From an uncultured Alphaproteobacteria bacterium (GTDB lineage Bacteria > Pseudomonadota > Alphaproteobacteria > Rs-D84), in assembly GCA_947053455.1 (NCBI GenBank), contig CAMRSV010000003.1, forward strand, positions 26,315 through 90,314: DNA of 64,000 nucleotides, written 5' to 3'. Below the pieces are notes generated by a model, which saw nothing but the letters and a program-made list of their open reading frames with translations, was not told where the DNA came from and ran no database searches. The stretch's first letter is position 1. Each line of letters starts with the position of its first letter. Positions 30,081 to 40,571 of the stretch are shown here, piece after piece. The position numbers and the translations under genes were made by a program.

Positions 30081-30683
30081 ATGAATAATAAAAGTAAATA
30101 TTTAATGATTTTTGCCAGTCTAACATTTGCTGCGTGGAATATCAAATGCACCCAGCAACACAAAAGCAATGAAGCACATACCATTGCAACCATAGACAAT
30201 GAAATCGGTACATTAAGATACCGCATTGATTCAATTCGCACAAACGTTTCGCGTCAAATCCAAGATTCATTGTCAATGTGTGGACAGTACATTTATATTC
30301 GGGAAAATCGTGAAAAGGTTGAACAGCTGGCCGAAGAAAACAAAGAAATACTAAAAAAAGTCTATAATTTGGTAAAACGTCAGTCACCTTTTAATATCCC
30401 CAAATGCAACGAAACCCTGTTTACAGAAAATGCCGATATGGGTTACCTGCCACGGAACGAAGTTGATTACATCAACTATGCACGTCAAATCTATTTTTCA
30501 AACAAACGCAAGATTACAAAGTTCAACAAGGCAGAGGCAGCCCTGAAACAAATAGAGCCATCCATCCGCAACCACTTTGGTCAGCATGCTATTGCACAAA
30601 TATCCGACATGCAATTGCAAATTGATTCCCTGCTGAATAAAAAAATTGCCGTGCTAAATGGAGGCGCAGCAAAACAAAAATAA
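30081..30683 (+). CDS. ORFan with N-terminal membrane/signal segment and coiled coil
   Basis: Own promoter-like region, SD aaagga, followed by a terminator hairpin. Confidence 0.75.
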   Translation: MNNKSKYLMIFASLTFAAWNIKCTQQHKSNEAHTIATIDNEIGTLRYRIDSIRTNVSRQIQDSLSMCGQYIYIRENREKVEQLAEENKEILKKVYNLVKRQSPFNIPKCNETLFTENADMGYLPRNEVDYINYARQIYFSNKRKITKFNKAEAALKQIEPSIRNHFGQHAIAQISDMQLQIDSLLNKKIAVLNGGAAKQK

Positions 30684-30708
30684 AAATCACTAATTGATTT
30701 TTGCATAT

Positions 30709-30735
30709 AAAAAAACCGCCAACGGCGGTTTTTTT
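30709..30735. terminator. bidirectional terminator
   Basis: aaaaaaccgcc-aac-ggcggtttttt. Confidence 0.75.
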
Positions 30736-30886
30736 AATTGGCGGCGGTAACGGCCAATCTTTTACGACCCGCCGCGCGACGACGGCTTAACACCGCGCGT
30801 CCGCTTTTCGTCGACATTCTTTCACGGAATCCGTGTGTACGCACACGGCGTGTTTTCGACGGTTGATAAGTACGTTTTGTTGCCAT
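30734..30886 (-). CDS. rpmH: 50S ribosomal protein L34
   Basis: Manual translation [50 protein letters not shown]. Confidence 0.98.
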   Translation of the reverse strand: MATKRTYQPSKTRRVRTHGFRERMSTKSGRAVLSRRRAAGRKRLAVTAAN

Positions 30887-30942
30887 AACTAAATCCTTTT
30901 GTGCGCATATTTAAGCATATGTTTTATTAAAACGCAACCTTT

Positions 30943-31068
30943 TTATTTAGATTTTTGTAAAATGCCCGCTTTTTCCAGCGCTAATACAAATAATTCCCAA
31001 ATAAACAGGTACACCAATGCCGAATGTAATATCGGCCCCCAATGACTAACCAACAAAGCCGGTTCCAT
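30943..31068 (-). CDS. 41-aa putative small membrane protein
   Basis: MEPALLVSHWGPILHSALVYLFIWELFVLALEKAGILQKSK, SD-like agggga upstream. Confidence 0.4.
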   Translation of the reverse strand: MEPALLVSHWGPILHSALVYLFIWELFVLALEKAGILQKSK

Positions 31069-31077
31069 CTTTATCCC

Positions 31078-31269
31078 CTATTTTATCTTTTCGCGTTTAT
31101 ATAACTTTGCAGCCATATTTTCAATTTTTTCCGAAAACTTTATCATTTTAGTCAAAGTCCATGCACGAAGCATATAATCCATTCGCACCAAATACCCCAA
31201 ACTTTTGTTCGAGGACAAATTACGCATATAATCGCGGTGCTGCTCTAATAAATTTCTTGTAGTGCCCAT
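31078..31269 (-). CDS. small basic hypothetical protein
   Basis: Fills the intergenic gap; adjacent and co-oriented with the 41-aa ORF. Confidence 0.4.
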   Translation of the reverse strand: MGTTRNLLEQHRDYMRNLSSNKSLGYLVRMDYMLRAWTLTKMIKFSEKIENMAAKLYKREKIK

Positions 31270-31405
31270 TTTCACTCTTTTTTAGTGCCCATAACAATAC
31301 CAAAACCAGCATGTTTGTCAACACGTTTTTTTGGGTTTATTTCTTGACCAAAAGCCTAAAAATTTGCTATCTTTGGCATGTTATTAAAGGTAAGGAAAAT
31401 CAAGT

Positions 31406-34168
31406 ATGTCTGAAAACATAAACCCAAATGAAATAAACGAAGTAAAAGTTCCACAATCATCGCTGGAACACGAAATGCGGACAAGTTTCCTGGATTATGC
31501 AATGTCGGTTATCGTTGACCGTGCGTTGCCCGATGTCCGTGACGGATGCAAACCAGTACACCGCAGAATACTGTATGTTATGAACGATGTGGCACCGGCA
31601 ACAAAACCCACAATAAAATCCGCCCGTATCGTCGGTGACGTTATGGGTAAATACCACCCGCACGGCGACAGTTCTATTTATGAGGCAATGGTTCGTATGG
31701 GCCAAGATTTTTCCATGGGTGAAACACTGGTTCAAGGGCAAGGTAACTTTGGTTCGCGTGACGGGGACAAGGCCGCGGCCATGCGTTATACAGAAGCGCG
31801 CCTATCAAAACTGGGTGCATCACTGATGGACGATATGGAAAAAGACACTGTTGATTGGCAGCCGAATTTTGACGGTTCACTACAAGAGCCTGTTGTTCTG
31901 CCAACAAAATTTCCGAACTTTCTGGTAAATGGCGGTTCGGGTATTGCAGTTGGTATGGCGACAAATGTTCCGACATACAACTTGGGGGAAATATGCAATG
32001 GAATACTTGCAATATTGGACAACCCGAAATTAACCGACGATGAATTGTTCACAATTATTCCAGGTCCTGATTTCCCAACTGGCGGCATTATCATGGGGCA
32101 CGCCGGCGCGTACAAAGCGCACACCACAGGTCGCGGTTCCATCATTGTCCGCGCAAAGGCGCACATGGAAAAATTCCATGACCACGAAGCGATTATTGTC
32201 GACGAAATACCCTATCAGGTTAACAAAGCGCAACTGATTGTAAAAATAGCTGAACTTATCAAAGACAAGCGCATAGAAGGTATTTCTGAAATCCGCGACG
32301 AATCATCCAAGGAAGGATTGCGTGTTGTAATTGAACTCAAACGCGATGCAATTTACGATGTTGTATTGAACCACTTGTTCCAGTACACAGAAATGCAGAC
32401 AAACTTCCCGGTAAACATGATGGCGCTGAACCGCGGACGTCCTATGCTTTTCAATGTTCGCGGCGTACTGGACGCGTTCATCGAATTCCGAACCGAGGTT
32501 ATACGCCGCCGCACCATATTTGATTTGAACAAGGCACGCGCACGTGCGCATACGTTGCTGGGGCTGTCGGTTGCGGTTGGAAATCTGGACGAGGTTATTG
32601 AACTTATTAAATCCAGTCCCAACCCGGACGAGGCACGCGCGGCACTTATGGCGCGCGGATGGCGGGCATCTGATATTGAATCATATATCCAATTGATTGA
32701 TGACCCGAATACAGAATACGAAAACGGAATGTTTCACATGTCCGAAGACCAGGCACGCGCAATTCTAGAATTGCAGTTACACCGGTTAACCGGGCTGGAA
32801 CGTGACAAGATTCACAATGATTTAACTGCGCTTGGGGCATCAATCAAAGACCTGTTGGATATTTTGGGCAGCCATGAACGCATTGTTCAGATTATCCGTG
32901 AAGAAACCGTGTCGGTACGTGACAGCTGGTCATCTGACCGCCGCACGGAAATTTCTGATGCAGATGTAGATATCGATATTGAAGACCTGATTGCACGTGA
33001 AGACATGGTTGTAACAGTTTCAAACACCGGATATATCAAACGTGTTGCGCTGGATACATACCGTGCCCAAAAGCGCGGCGGCAAGGGACGCAACGCCATG
33101 ACCACCAAAGAAGACGATTATGTTGTTCAGGTGTTTGTCGCAAACACGCACACGCCGCTGCTGTTCTTTAGTTCAAAGGGGATATGCTACAAATTAAAAA
33201 CATATAAATTACCAGAAGCGGCGGCCGCCGCCAAGGGACGGCCATTGGTAAATCTGTTGCCGTTATCCGCGGGCGAGACAATTACCGCAATTTTGCCAGT
33301 ATCTGATGAGGACGCCCAACGCGTCGCGGCATCCGGCAAGGAACATTTCTTGATGTTTGCGACCGCATCGGGTACAGTGCGCCGTAACCGTATGGCAGAC
33401 TTTGATTCAATCCGCGCAAACGGGAAAATCGCAATGAAACTTGACGAAGGAGACAGCCTAATTTCCGTATTGCCCTGCGCCGAGGATCAGGACGTATTCT
33501 TATCAACATACCGTGGACGCTGCATACGTTTCCCGGTTCCAGAAATCCGTATATTCGCAGGCCGCAATTCAACTGGTGTACGCGGTATAACACTGGCATC
33601 TGATGATAAAATTATAGGTATGGCGATGCTGAATCACGGCGAAAGTGACAGCGCTGTGCGTGCCGCATATATCAAGCAGTCACGTGCCCTGCGCCGTATG
33701 CAGACCGGCATAGAAGAAGAAGCTGACAACGAAGAAGAAGCGACAAATCTGGTTCTGGACGATGCGACAATGGCGCGTATGGCGGCGGCCGAAGAGTTCA
33801 TATTGACCGTGTCCGAAAACGGGTTTGGTAAACGCACAAGTTCATATGAATACCGTATCACACACCGTGGGGGCGGCGGATTTACCAATATCAAATTGGG
33901 CGGCAAAAACACCGCGGTTGCAGGTTCGTTCCCAGTGGCCGATGACCATGACATCATCATGGTGACCAATGGCGGAAAAATTATCCGCACCCCGGTCAAG
34001 GACGTTCGAATCGCAGGACGCGCAACCGCTGGTGTAACATTGCTGCGCACGGCGGAAAATGAAAAGGTTGTATCAGCCATTTCAATTGCCGGCGAAGACG
34101 AAGAAGATGTGGTTGCCGACACAGATGAAGGCGCCGCATCAACGGACAACACCGAAACACAGGAATAA
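31406..34168 (+). CDS. gyrA: DNA gyrase subunit A
   Basis: [21 protein letters not shown], GyrA-box QKRGGKG, beta-pinwheel CTD. Confidence 0.99.
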   Translation: MSENINPNEINEVKVPQSSLEHEMRTSFLDYAMSVIVDRALPDVRDGCKPVHRRILYVMNDVAPATKPTIKSARIVGDVMGKYHPHGDSSIYEAMVRMGQDFSMGETLVQGQGNFGSRDGDKAAAMRYTEARLSKLGASLMDDMEKDTVDWQPNFDGSLQEPVVLPTKFPNFLVNGGSGIAVGMATNVPTYNLGEICNGILAILDNPKLTDDELFTIIPGPDFPTGGIIMGHAGAYKAHTTGRGSIIVRAKAHMEKFHDHEAIIVDEIPYQVNKAQLIVKIAELIKDKRIEGISEIRDESSKEGLRVVIELKRDAIYDVVLNHLFQYTEMQTNFPVNMMALNRGRPMLFNVRGVLDAFIEFRTEVIRRRTIFDLNKARARAHTLLGLSVAVGNLDEVIELIKSSPNPDEARAALMARGWRASDIESYIQLIDDPNTEYENGMFHMSEDQARAILELQLHRLTGLERDKIHNDLTALGASIKDLLDILGSHERIVQIIREETVSVRDSWSSDRRTEISDADVDIDIEDLIAREDMVVTVSNTGYIKRVALDTYRAQKRGGKGRNAMTTKEDDYVVQVFVANTHTPLLFFSSKGICYKLKTYKLPEAAAAAKGRPLVNLLPLSAGETITAILPVSDEDAQRVAASGKEHFLMFATASGTVRRNRMADFDSIRANGKIAMKLDEGDSLISVLPCAEDQDVFLSTYRGRCIRFPVPEIRIFAGRNSTGVRGITLASDDKIIGMAMLNHGESDSAVRAAYIKQSRALRRMQTGIEEEADNEEEATNLVLDDATMARMAAAEEFILTVSENGFGKRTSSYEYRITHRGGGGFTNIKLGGKNTAVAGSFPVADDHDIIMVTNGGKIIRTPVKDVRIAGRATAGVTLLRTAENEKVVSAISIAGEDEEDVVADTDEGAASTDNTETQE

Positions 34169-34555
34169 ATGGGGGCCGGCATGGATAATGAATACTTTGC
34201 ATCAATAAACGATGTTTCAAAGCAATTAAATGTGCCGGCGCACACCCTGCGCTATTGGGAAAAGCAATTTCCGGTCGCCATTCGCCCCACAACCGGAAAT
34301 GGTGGCCGGCGATATTATCGGGCAGAAACGGTACGGCGCCTGATGGTAATTCGTGACATGCTATATAAACACGGGCTGACAATTGCCGGGGTAAAAAAAT
34401 TACTGCGGGATGGAAAATTACCGGATACGGCTGACGATTTTATGGCGGATGGAACCGCCGTACAAAAATCTGCCGTAACAGCATCAAAAAAAAACACGGA
34501 CATAATAAACGCGGCGATAACAATGCTGGAACAGGCAAAAAACATATTGGCGTAA
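34169..34555 (+). CDS. MerR-family HTH regulator
   Basis: SINDVSKQLNVPAHTLRYWEKQF..GGRRYY..TIAGVKKLL. Confidence 0.92.
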   Translation: MGAGMDNEYFASINDVSKQLNVPAHTLRYWEKQFPVAIRPTTGNGGRRYYRAETVRRLMVIRDMLYKHGLTIAGVKKLLRDGKLPDTADDFMADGTAVQKSAVTASKKNTDIINAAITMLEQAKNILA

Positions 34556-34573
34556 TACGTCGGGAAACAGACC

Positions 34574-35308
34574 ATGAATATTTTGCGGAAAATTCGCGCA
34601 TCAATCGTAAATATAATTTGTACATTTATTCCAAACAAAATGACGCGGCATAAAGTTCGTGCCATAATGAATTCAGATATTTCAGGTTACCGGCGACTTA
34701 TAAAACGCGACCTGGGGATGCCTATTAAAAAGATTAAATACATAACAGGGTTTCGCGGGCGCAATCTAATACTGGCCGTAAATGATGAATATATTTATAA
34801 ATTTCCGCTGCGTCATAGAAACGGCGATGTGGCAATACGCGAAAAACGCATTGTTGATGCGCTGCAACCCCTGTCTCCGATTGCAATACCCGATGTAGAT
34901 ATACTGGAATACAAGGGAAAACTGGTACGTAAATATAAATTAATTCACGGGCTGCAAATAAATCAGATACCATTTAAAACAGTTAATGCAAACAAGGAAA
35001 AACTGGCGCGGCAAATCGCAAAGTTTATGTATGAAATTGGTCGTGCCAATCCCAGCACTATACGCGACCTAAAACCAAATTCGGCGAAAAAACCCGGATA
35101 TATGTATGGATGGAATCAAGGTGACATTTATGACAATTTTATAGTCAATACGGACACGATGAAAATCATTGCATTTATCGATTGGGAAGATAGCACATTT
35201 GGCGACTTCTCGCAGTTTATGCAGGGCGCCCGGTTTGAGAACGAGCAAATTTTAGTCCCATTGGTTCGTGCCGAATACGACAAATTATACAAAAAAAGTT
35301 CAAAATAA
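34574..35308 (+). CDS. aminoglycoside/choline phosphotransferase-like (APH fold) kinase
   Basis: YIYKFP, REKRI, QGDIYDNF (degenerate Brenner motif), IDWED. Confidence 0.8.
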   Translation: MNILRKIRASIVNIICTFIPNKMTRHKVRAIMNSDISGYRRLIKRDLGMPIKKIKYITGFRGRNLILAVNDEYIYKFPLRHRNGDVAIREKRIVDALQPLSPIAIPDVDILEYKGKLVRKYKLIHGLQINQIPFKTVNANKEKLARQIAKFMYEIGRANPSTIRDLKPNSAKKPGYMYGWNQGDIYDNFIVNTDTMKIIAFIDWEDSTFGDFSQFMQGARFENEQILVPLVRAEYDKLYKKSSK

Positions 35309-35338
35309 AACACGCCCGCAATCGCGGGCATTTTTTTA

Positions 35339-36067
35339 TTATAAATTTTCCCAAGTGCATATGACTATGGCGTGTTCGGTATCATTCGTACGAATACGAT
35401 GCCGCGACACATTGTCATCAATTGCAACATCAACCGATACCATTGGCGTATCAGGATTTATTTCTTTCTTAAAATTTATTTCAATGCATTTCAATTTATG
35501 CTGATTACGATATGCATACCCAACGCTTTCAGTTGCCCAAACGGCATAAACAGCATTATTTATATGCTGATTTACATCTATATCGTCAAAACGGCATTTC
35601 ATTTCATGCGTTTTTTGTGGTTCAAAATCTGGAAATTTTTCAAAAGTACGATTCCATGCACGATTTGGATTTGTCATCCATAGCGGCAAGTTTTCATCCA
35701 ATCGCAATGGACGACGCTGCGCCATATCAATTAAAATCCATTGCGATGTCGCCCGTACCATCAGACGATTGTCAGAACCGCGAACTTCAAAATCACGTGT
35801 TGCACGCAACGCATCCTGGTTTGATGGCCATGTGATAAAAGTCAATTCCTCACCCTCACACGGCAATTCTATAATATCGACCAAGTAATGCGTCACAACC
35901 CATGCCATGTTGTGTTCCAACAAAAACGTGCGCCCACACCCCAGTATTTCGGCATGCTTGTCCGCCATACCCTGCAGTTCATTCATCAGGATAAGCGGCC
36001 GCACATTACCATATCGGTCACATTGATATGCCTGCAAAACACGTTTTTCAATCAGTTGTTCGGCCAT
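35339..36067 (-). CDS. acyl-ACP thioesterase (double hotdog)
   Basis: YQCDRYG, WVVT, ATSQWILID..RRP, DIDVNQHINNAVY. Confidence 0.92.
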   Translation of the reverse strand: MAEQLIEKRVLQAYQCDRYGNVRPLILMNELQGMADKHAEILGCGRTFLLEHNMAWVVTHYLVDIIELPCEGEELTFITWPSNQDALRATRDFEVRGSDNRLMVRATSQWILIDMAQRRPLRLDENLPLWMTNPNRAWNRTFEKFPDFEPQKTHEMKCRFDDIDVNQHINNAVYAVWATESVGYAYRNQHKLKCIEINFKKEINPDTPMVSVDVAIDDNVSRHRIRTNDTEHAIVICTWENL

Positions 36068-36071
36068 TATA

Positions 36072-38477
36072 TCACCCTTGGACTGGGTTTTGTGCAACGA
36101 CAAAATCAATCGCGTCACCCAAATGAATTTCATTTGCACGCGCAGCTGATTTTATAAGCCCGTGTAAAGTATTCGGTGTAGACGCCGGGATTGTCAATGA
36201 TTCCAATCTGGCACCGTTTCCAACCTTGCGTTCTGTACGCAGTCCACGTACATTTTTTAGAATATCAAGCGCCACCTGCATATCGGCAGTGTCCGTGTCG
36301 CGCGCCGCATCCACCGATGGATATTCGGTCAAGTGCAATGTCAAACCGCCTTCGGTCGGTTGATAAATCTTTTGCCACAATTGTTCGGTCACAAACGGGA
36401 TAAACGGCGCATAAAGACCGATTATCGCGCGCAGAACTTCAAACAAAGTCCACTGGGCGGCAATTTTTGATTCCGCACTGTATTTTTCAGGTGCCCAGAA
36501 TCTATCCTTGATGAATTCCACATACTGATCACAGAACACATCATAGAAGAACGTATCAATCGCGGCACGTGAATTATAATTATCATACTTATCCAAATTG
36601 CGACGAACATCCGCCACAGCCTTGTTCAATTCCGATAGAATCCAGCGATCTTCGATAAAACGGGATGCAACCGGTACACTCAATGCTGTTTTCGGGTCAA
36701 AGTCATCCAAATACATCAGAACGAATTTCGCAACGTTCCAAAGTTTTGTAAGCAACTTGCTGCCACGTTTGACTTCGTCATCACTGTAACGAATATCTGT
36801 TCCAATCGGGGCGGTCGCCACCCAGTAACGCAACGCATCGGCACCGAATTTTTCAATAACAGTTAACGGGTCGGTTCCGTTACCCTTGGTCTTGGACATT
36901 TTCTGTCCCTTGGCATCACGCACCAGGCCGTGAAAATTCACTGTCTTAAACGGTACACGTCCCATCACGTACATGCCCATCATCATCATGCGCGCCACCC
37001 AGAAAAATATTATATCCGCACCGGTGTACAACAAACTTGTCGGATAGTATTTTTTGAGTTCATCTGTTTCATCCGGCCAGCCAAGCGTTGAAAACGGCCA
37101 CAGGGCAGATGAAAACCAAGTATCCAGACACGCATCTTCACGCGTTAATGTTTTGCCGCCGGATTGTTTTACGGCCTCTTGCTCGGTTTCGGCGACATAG
37201 ATATTACCATCGGCGTCATACCATGCGGGAATCTGGTGTCCCCACCATAATTGCCGTGAAATTGACCATTCGTGAATATCCCGCATCCACGCCATAAACA
37301 GATTGTATCTGTGTTCCGGCATAAATTTTGTATCGCCGTTTTCCACCGCACGTATCGCCGCCACGGCTAATTTTTCGGCATCAACAAACCACTCGTCACG
37401 CACCATGTATTCAATCACAACGCCACCACGTTCAGAATATGGCGTTGCAATTTTCTTGTCCTCGATTTTTATCAACAGACCAGCCGCATCAATATCCTTG
37501 ATAATTTCGGCCCGCGCCACAAATCTGTCCATGCCGCGATACTTTTCGGGCACAACATCAATATCCGCCATTTTTGCAGCCGCGGTCAATATGCACACGG
37601 GTGTCAAATCATGACGCAGTCCCACCGCCCAGTCATCCTTGTCATGAGCCGGCGTGATTTTTACGGCCCCCGTTCCCTTTTCCGGGTCGGCATGCACATC
37701 GGCAATAACCGGAATCTCAATATCGGTCAGCGGGATTATCGCCGTTTTTCCGATTAAATGTTTTAATTTTTCATTTTCTGGATGAATTGCAATCGCCTGG
37801 TCGCCGAACAATGTTTCCGGACGTGTTGTGGCGATTTCAATTGTGCCACCATCTTTTAATGGATAATTAAAGTAATAAAACTTTCCATTTTCTTCACGGG
37901 TTTCCACCTCCAAATCAGAAATGGATGTCTGCTGTTTCGGGCACCAGTTAACCAGACGACGCGCCCGATATATCAGACCTTCGTTATACATTTTCACAAA
38001 CAGTTTTGTAACCGCACGCGATAACCCCTCGTCCATGGTGAAACGTTCGCGATGCCACACCGGCGTCACACCCAACGTATGCAACTGCTTTATAATCTGG
38101 CCACCCTTTTCCGCCTTCCATTGCCATGCGATTTCCAGCAATTGTTCCTTGGTCTTGGAACGGGGGTTAATTCCGCGCTTTGACAAATCGCGTTCCACCA
38201 GCAATTGTGTCGCAATCGATGCGTGATCTGTCCCCGGTTGCCATAAAACGTCAAATCCGCACATACGTTTGTATCGGCAAATAATATCGGTCAAAACATT
38301 ATCCAACGCATGCCCCATGTGCAGATTTCCTGTTACGTTCGGTGGCGGCATCATGACACAAAACGGTTCTTTGCCCGATTTTACGTCATTATCCCAGAAA
38401 TTATTCGAATCCCAGAATTGTTGAATCTTGGATTCAATTTCATGCGTGTTGATGTTTTTTTCCAGTTCGATATTCAT
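36072..38477 (-). CDS. valS: valine--tRNA ligase, lacking the C-terminal coiled coil
   Basis: PPPNVTGNLHMGHAL, DTWFSSALWPF, KMSKTKGN. Confidence 0.97.
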   Translation of the reverse strand: MNIELEKNINTHEIESKIQQFWDSNNFWDNDVKSGKEPFCVMMPPPNVTGNLHMGHALDNVLTDIICRYKRMCGFDVLWQPGTDHASIATQLLVERDLSKRGINPRSKTKEQLLEIAWQWKAEKGGQIIKQLHTLGVTPVWHRERFTMDEGLSRAVTKLFVKMYNEGLIYRARRLVNWCPKQQTSISDLEVETREENGKFYYFNYPLKDGGTIEIATTRPETLFGDQAIAIHPENEKLKHLIGKTAIIPLTDIEIPVIADVHADPEKGTGAVKITPAHDKDDWAVGLRHDLTPVCILTAAAKMADIDVVPEKYRGMDRFVARAEIIKDIDAAGLLIKIEDKKIATPYSERGGVVIEYMVRDEWFVDAEKLAVAAIRAVENGDTKFMPEHRYNLFMAWMRDIHEWSISRQLWWGHQIPAWYDADGNIYVAETEQEAVKQSGGKTLTREDACLDTWFSSALWPFSTLGWPDETDELKKYYPTSLLYTGADIIFFWVARMMMMGMYVMGRVPFKTVNFHGLVRDAKGQKMSKTKGNGTDPLTVIEKFGADALRYWVATAPIGTDIRYSDDEVKRGSKLLTKLWNVAKFVLMYLDDFDPKTALSVPVASRFIEDRWILSELNKAVADVRRNLDKYDNYNSRAAIDTFFYDVFCDQYVEFIKDRFWAPEKYSAESKIAAQWTLFEVLRAIIGLYAPFIPFVTEQLWQKIYQPTEGGLTLHLTEYPSVDAARDTDTADMQVALDILKNVRGLRTERKVGNGARLESLTIPASTPNTLHGLIKSAARANEIHLGDAIDFVVAQNPVQG

Positions 38478-38482
38478 TTTTC

Positions 38483-39001
38483 TTATTTCCTAATCACAGG
38501 TTCCCAGTTTTTCATGTCTTGATTACGCAACGCGGCCGGCAATTTATCCACAGGCAACGCATTCCAAATTTGTGTACGCCCAAACGGGCCGATTTTTCCA
38601 CGCACGTTCAGTTTTCCGTTCTCTGACCATATAACAGACGAATAAACCTTGCCTGATGTCGGGTCCATTATCTTTCCACCTTCAAATTTATCGGCTTTGG
38701 CGTTCCAATTCATGCCCCAAATTATATCCATACCGGCATAAAACGGCTTGCCCTGCACTTTTTCCGCAATCTTGACGGGCTGCGCAATTGTTTCAATAAT
38801 TTCGCCGTTCTTATCATATAACGCAAGCACACGACCAGCCAATTTTTCATCGTCACCTGACCCATAACTATACAGCCCAACAATGGATTTCGGCGCATTA
38901 CTTACATCATCAACGGTCTGGTAAAAACCAACATATGGAAACGCCCCTAATAAGGACGGATAGCCTATCAAAGCCATTGCGGCATAAATACTTGTTCTCA
39001 T
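38483..39001 (-). CDS. DUF2147 family secreted protein
   Basis: GMDIIWGM..GGKIMDPTSGKVY..LNVRG.IGPFGRTQIW. Confidence 0.88.
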   Translation of the reverse strand: MRTSIYAAMALIGYPSLLGAFPYVGFYQTVDDVSNAPKSIVGLYSYGSGDDEKLAGRVLALYDKNGEIIETIAQPVKIAEKVQGKPFYAGMDIIWGMNWNAKADKFEGGKIMDPTSGKVYSSVIWSENGKLNVRGKIGPFGRTQIWNALPVDKLPAALRNQDMKNWEPVIRK

Positions 39002-39099
39002 ACAAAATCCTTTGTAATAACTTACCAAATCGTATCAGAATAAAATCAAAATTCAAGTGCGCATTAATAGCAGGTAATATAAAGCAAACACAAAAAATA

Positions 39100-39127
39100 T
39101 TGACAAACTAATTTTGTGTGCTATATT
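39100..39127 (+). promoter_or_regulatory. sigma70-type promoter
   Basis: TTGACA-16nt-TATATT with extended TG, upstream of 39156. Confidence 0.6.
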
Positions 39128-39155
39128 TTTCTTAAGAAATCAAAAAGGCGTATAA

Positions 39156-39527
39156 ATGGACAATTTATTAAAACAACAAATTTTGGAATCTATTCGTAAA
39201 AATGGGGTGGTAGCCACATCTCATCGCGGCGTGAACATATATACCGTCAACGACGAAAAAAACAACCGTATCATAAAAATACATCACAATTACATGCATA
39301 ATTTATGCACAGTTGAAATATCAAATGCCGGACGCAGACCATTGATTAATACATTAAAGTCCGATGAGGAAGCAAAAATTCTGGATGCGTGCCATAACGC
39401 ACATCGCAGGACGCAGACCGCACAAACCTATAATAACGACTATGAACAAACATCCTTTAAGGAATATGCAGATGCAAACACCGCGATTTTAAGCATGGTG
39501 TCACTAGGCAATATCAATCATCGGTAA
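39156..39527 (+). CDS. hypothetical protein (paralogue of the next gene)
   Basis: ORF with its own promoter; shares its N-terminal pattern with 39532. Confidence 0.75.
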   Translation: MDNLLKQQILESIRKNGVVATSHRGVNIYTVNDEKNNRIIKIHHNYMHNLCTVEISNAGRRPLINTLKSDEEAKILDACHNAHRRTQTAQTYNNDYEQTSFKEYADANTAILSMVSLGNINHR

Positions 39528-39531
39528 AGAA

Positions 39532-39798
39532 ATGAATAGTTTTACAAAAAAAGCAATATTAAACATCTTGAAAAATAATCACGTTGAACGACGTTCAGAC
39601 AATATGTGCGAAACATATATGGTAACAGACACGCGCGGGCATACAATGGTGGTTATTAACAATAATTGGGACGTGGGCGAATACACAATATCAATACCGG
39701 GTCAGCAAATTATATCTGTAAAGCAAGAAAATAAAAAACCGTATGAATTACAGGATGTATTTGATATAATACGCGCAACACGCCAATCATGTAGGTAA
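39532..39798 (+). CDS. hypothetical protein (paralogue of the previous gene)
   Basis: 4-bp gap from the previous ORF, terminator hairpin downstream. Confidence 0.7.
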   Translation: MNSFTKKAILNILKNNHVERRSDNMCETYMVTDTRGHTMVVINNNWDVGEYTISIPGQQIISVKQENKKPYELQDVFDIIRATRQSCR

Positions 39799-39822
39799 CT
39801 CATCCCGCCCCGGCGGGATTTT

Positions 39823-40566
39823 TTACACCGCGCGCACAACGCGACAAAACGAAACGCCATAAACCTCTAATGCGCCGGCACGCATCAGCACGCGCCGCAA
39901 TTCACGGAAAGTTGCACCACTCGTCATTACGTCATCAACTAGAAGAATACGCCGACCCCGAATTCTATCTGGGCGAATAACCGTAAAAACATTGCGGATA
40001 TTTTCCACTCTTTGTTTCGGGGTTTTATGCCCCATGTCGGGACGATGCTTTCTATGAACGCTGTCAACATCCATGCGAACACCATAGACCCGCGCAATCG
40101 GACGCGCCAGCAGTGTCGCATGATTATACGTTCTATGCAGTAGACGCCGCCGCGCCAATGGCACAGGCATAACAATATCGGGGCAAATATCAGCCCCATG
40201 CAGCGCCCATATCATAGCCAACGCCATAAAATATGAATACTTAATTTTACCTGCATGTTTAAACGGTAACATCGCCGCCTTTGACGCATCGTCATAAACG
40301 CATGCGCTGCGAATAAAATCCAACGCACAGTCACCCGCGGCGCACGTGGGACATAACGCATTTGGTGAAACATCAATGTGTGCCGGAAACGGATATCCAC
40401 ATTTCGCACACTTTGGCCCATCAATCCAATTGAACGCAGTCCAACAGTCAATACACAAATCACCGTGCGAATCAACTGGCGCATTGCACAACGGACACGT
40501 TGGCGGAAACAAAAAATCAATCAGGAAATTCGCCGCACCACGCACAATGCGACCGATAGTATACAT
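39823..40566 (-). CDS. comF: ComF family protein (zinc ribbons plus PRTase domain)
   Basis: FPPTCPLC..C..C, CAKCG..CPTC, ILLVDDVMTSGAT. Confidence 0.93.
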   Translation of the reverse strand: MYTIGRIVRGAANFLIDFLFPPTCPLCNAPVDSHGDLCIDCWTAFNWIDGPKCAKCGYPFPAHIDVSPNALCPTCAAGDCALDFIRSACVYDDASKAAMLPFKHAGKIKYSYFMALAMIWALHGADICPDIVMPVPLARRRLLHRTYNHATLLARPIARVYGVRMDVDSVHRKHRPDMGHKTPKQRVENIRNVFTVIRPDRIRGRRILLVDDVMTSGATFRELRRVLMRAGALEVYGVSFCRVVRAV

Positions 40567-40571
40567 TTATT

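Noticed and set aside
34574-35308. Aminoglycoside resistance gene call
   Set aside because: Only fold-level motifs, a degenerate catalytic loop and no mobile context.
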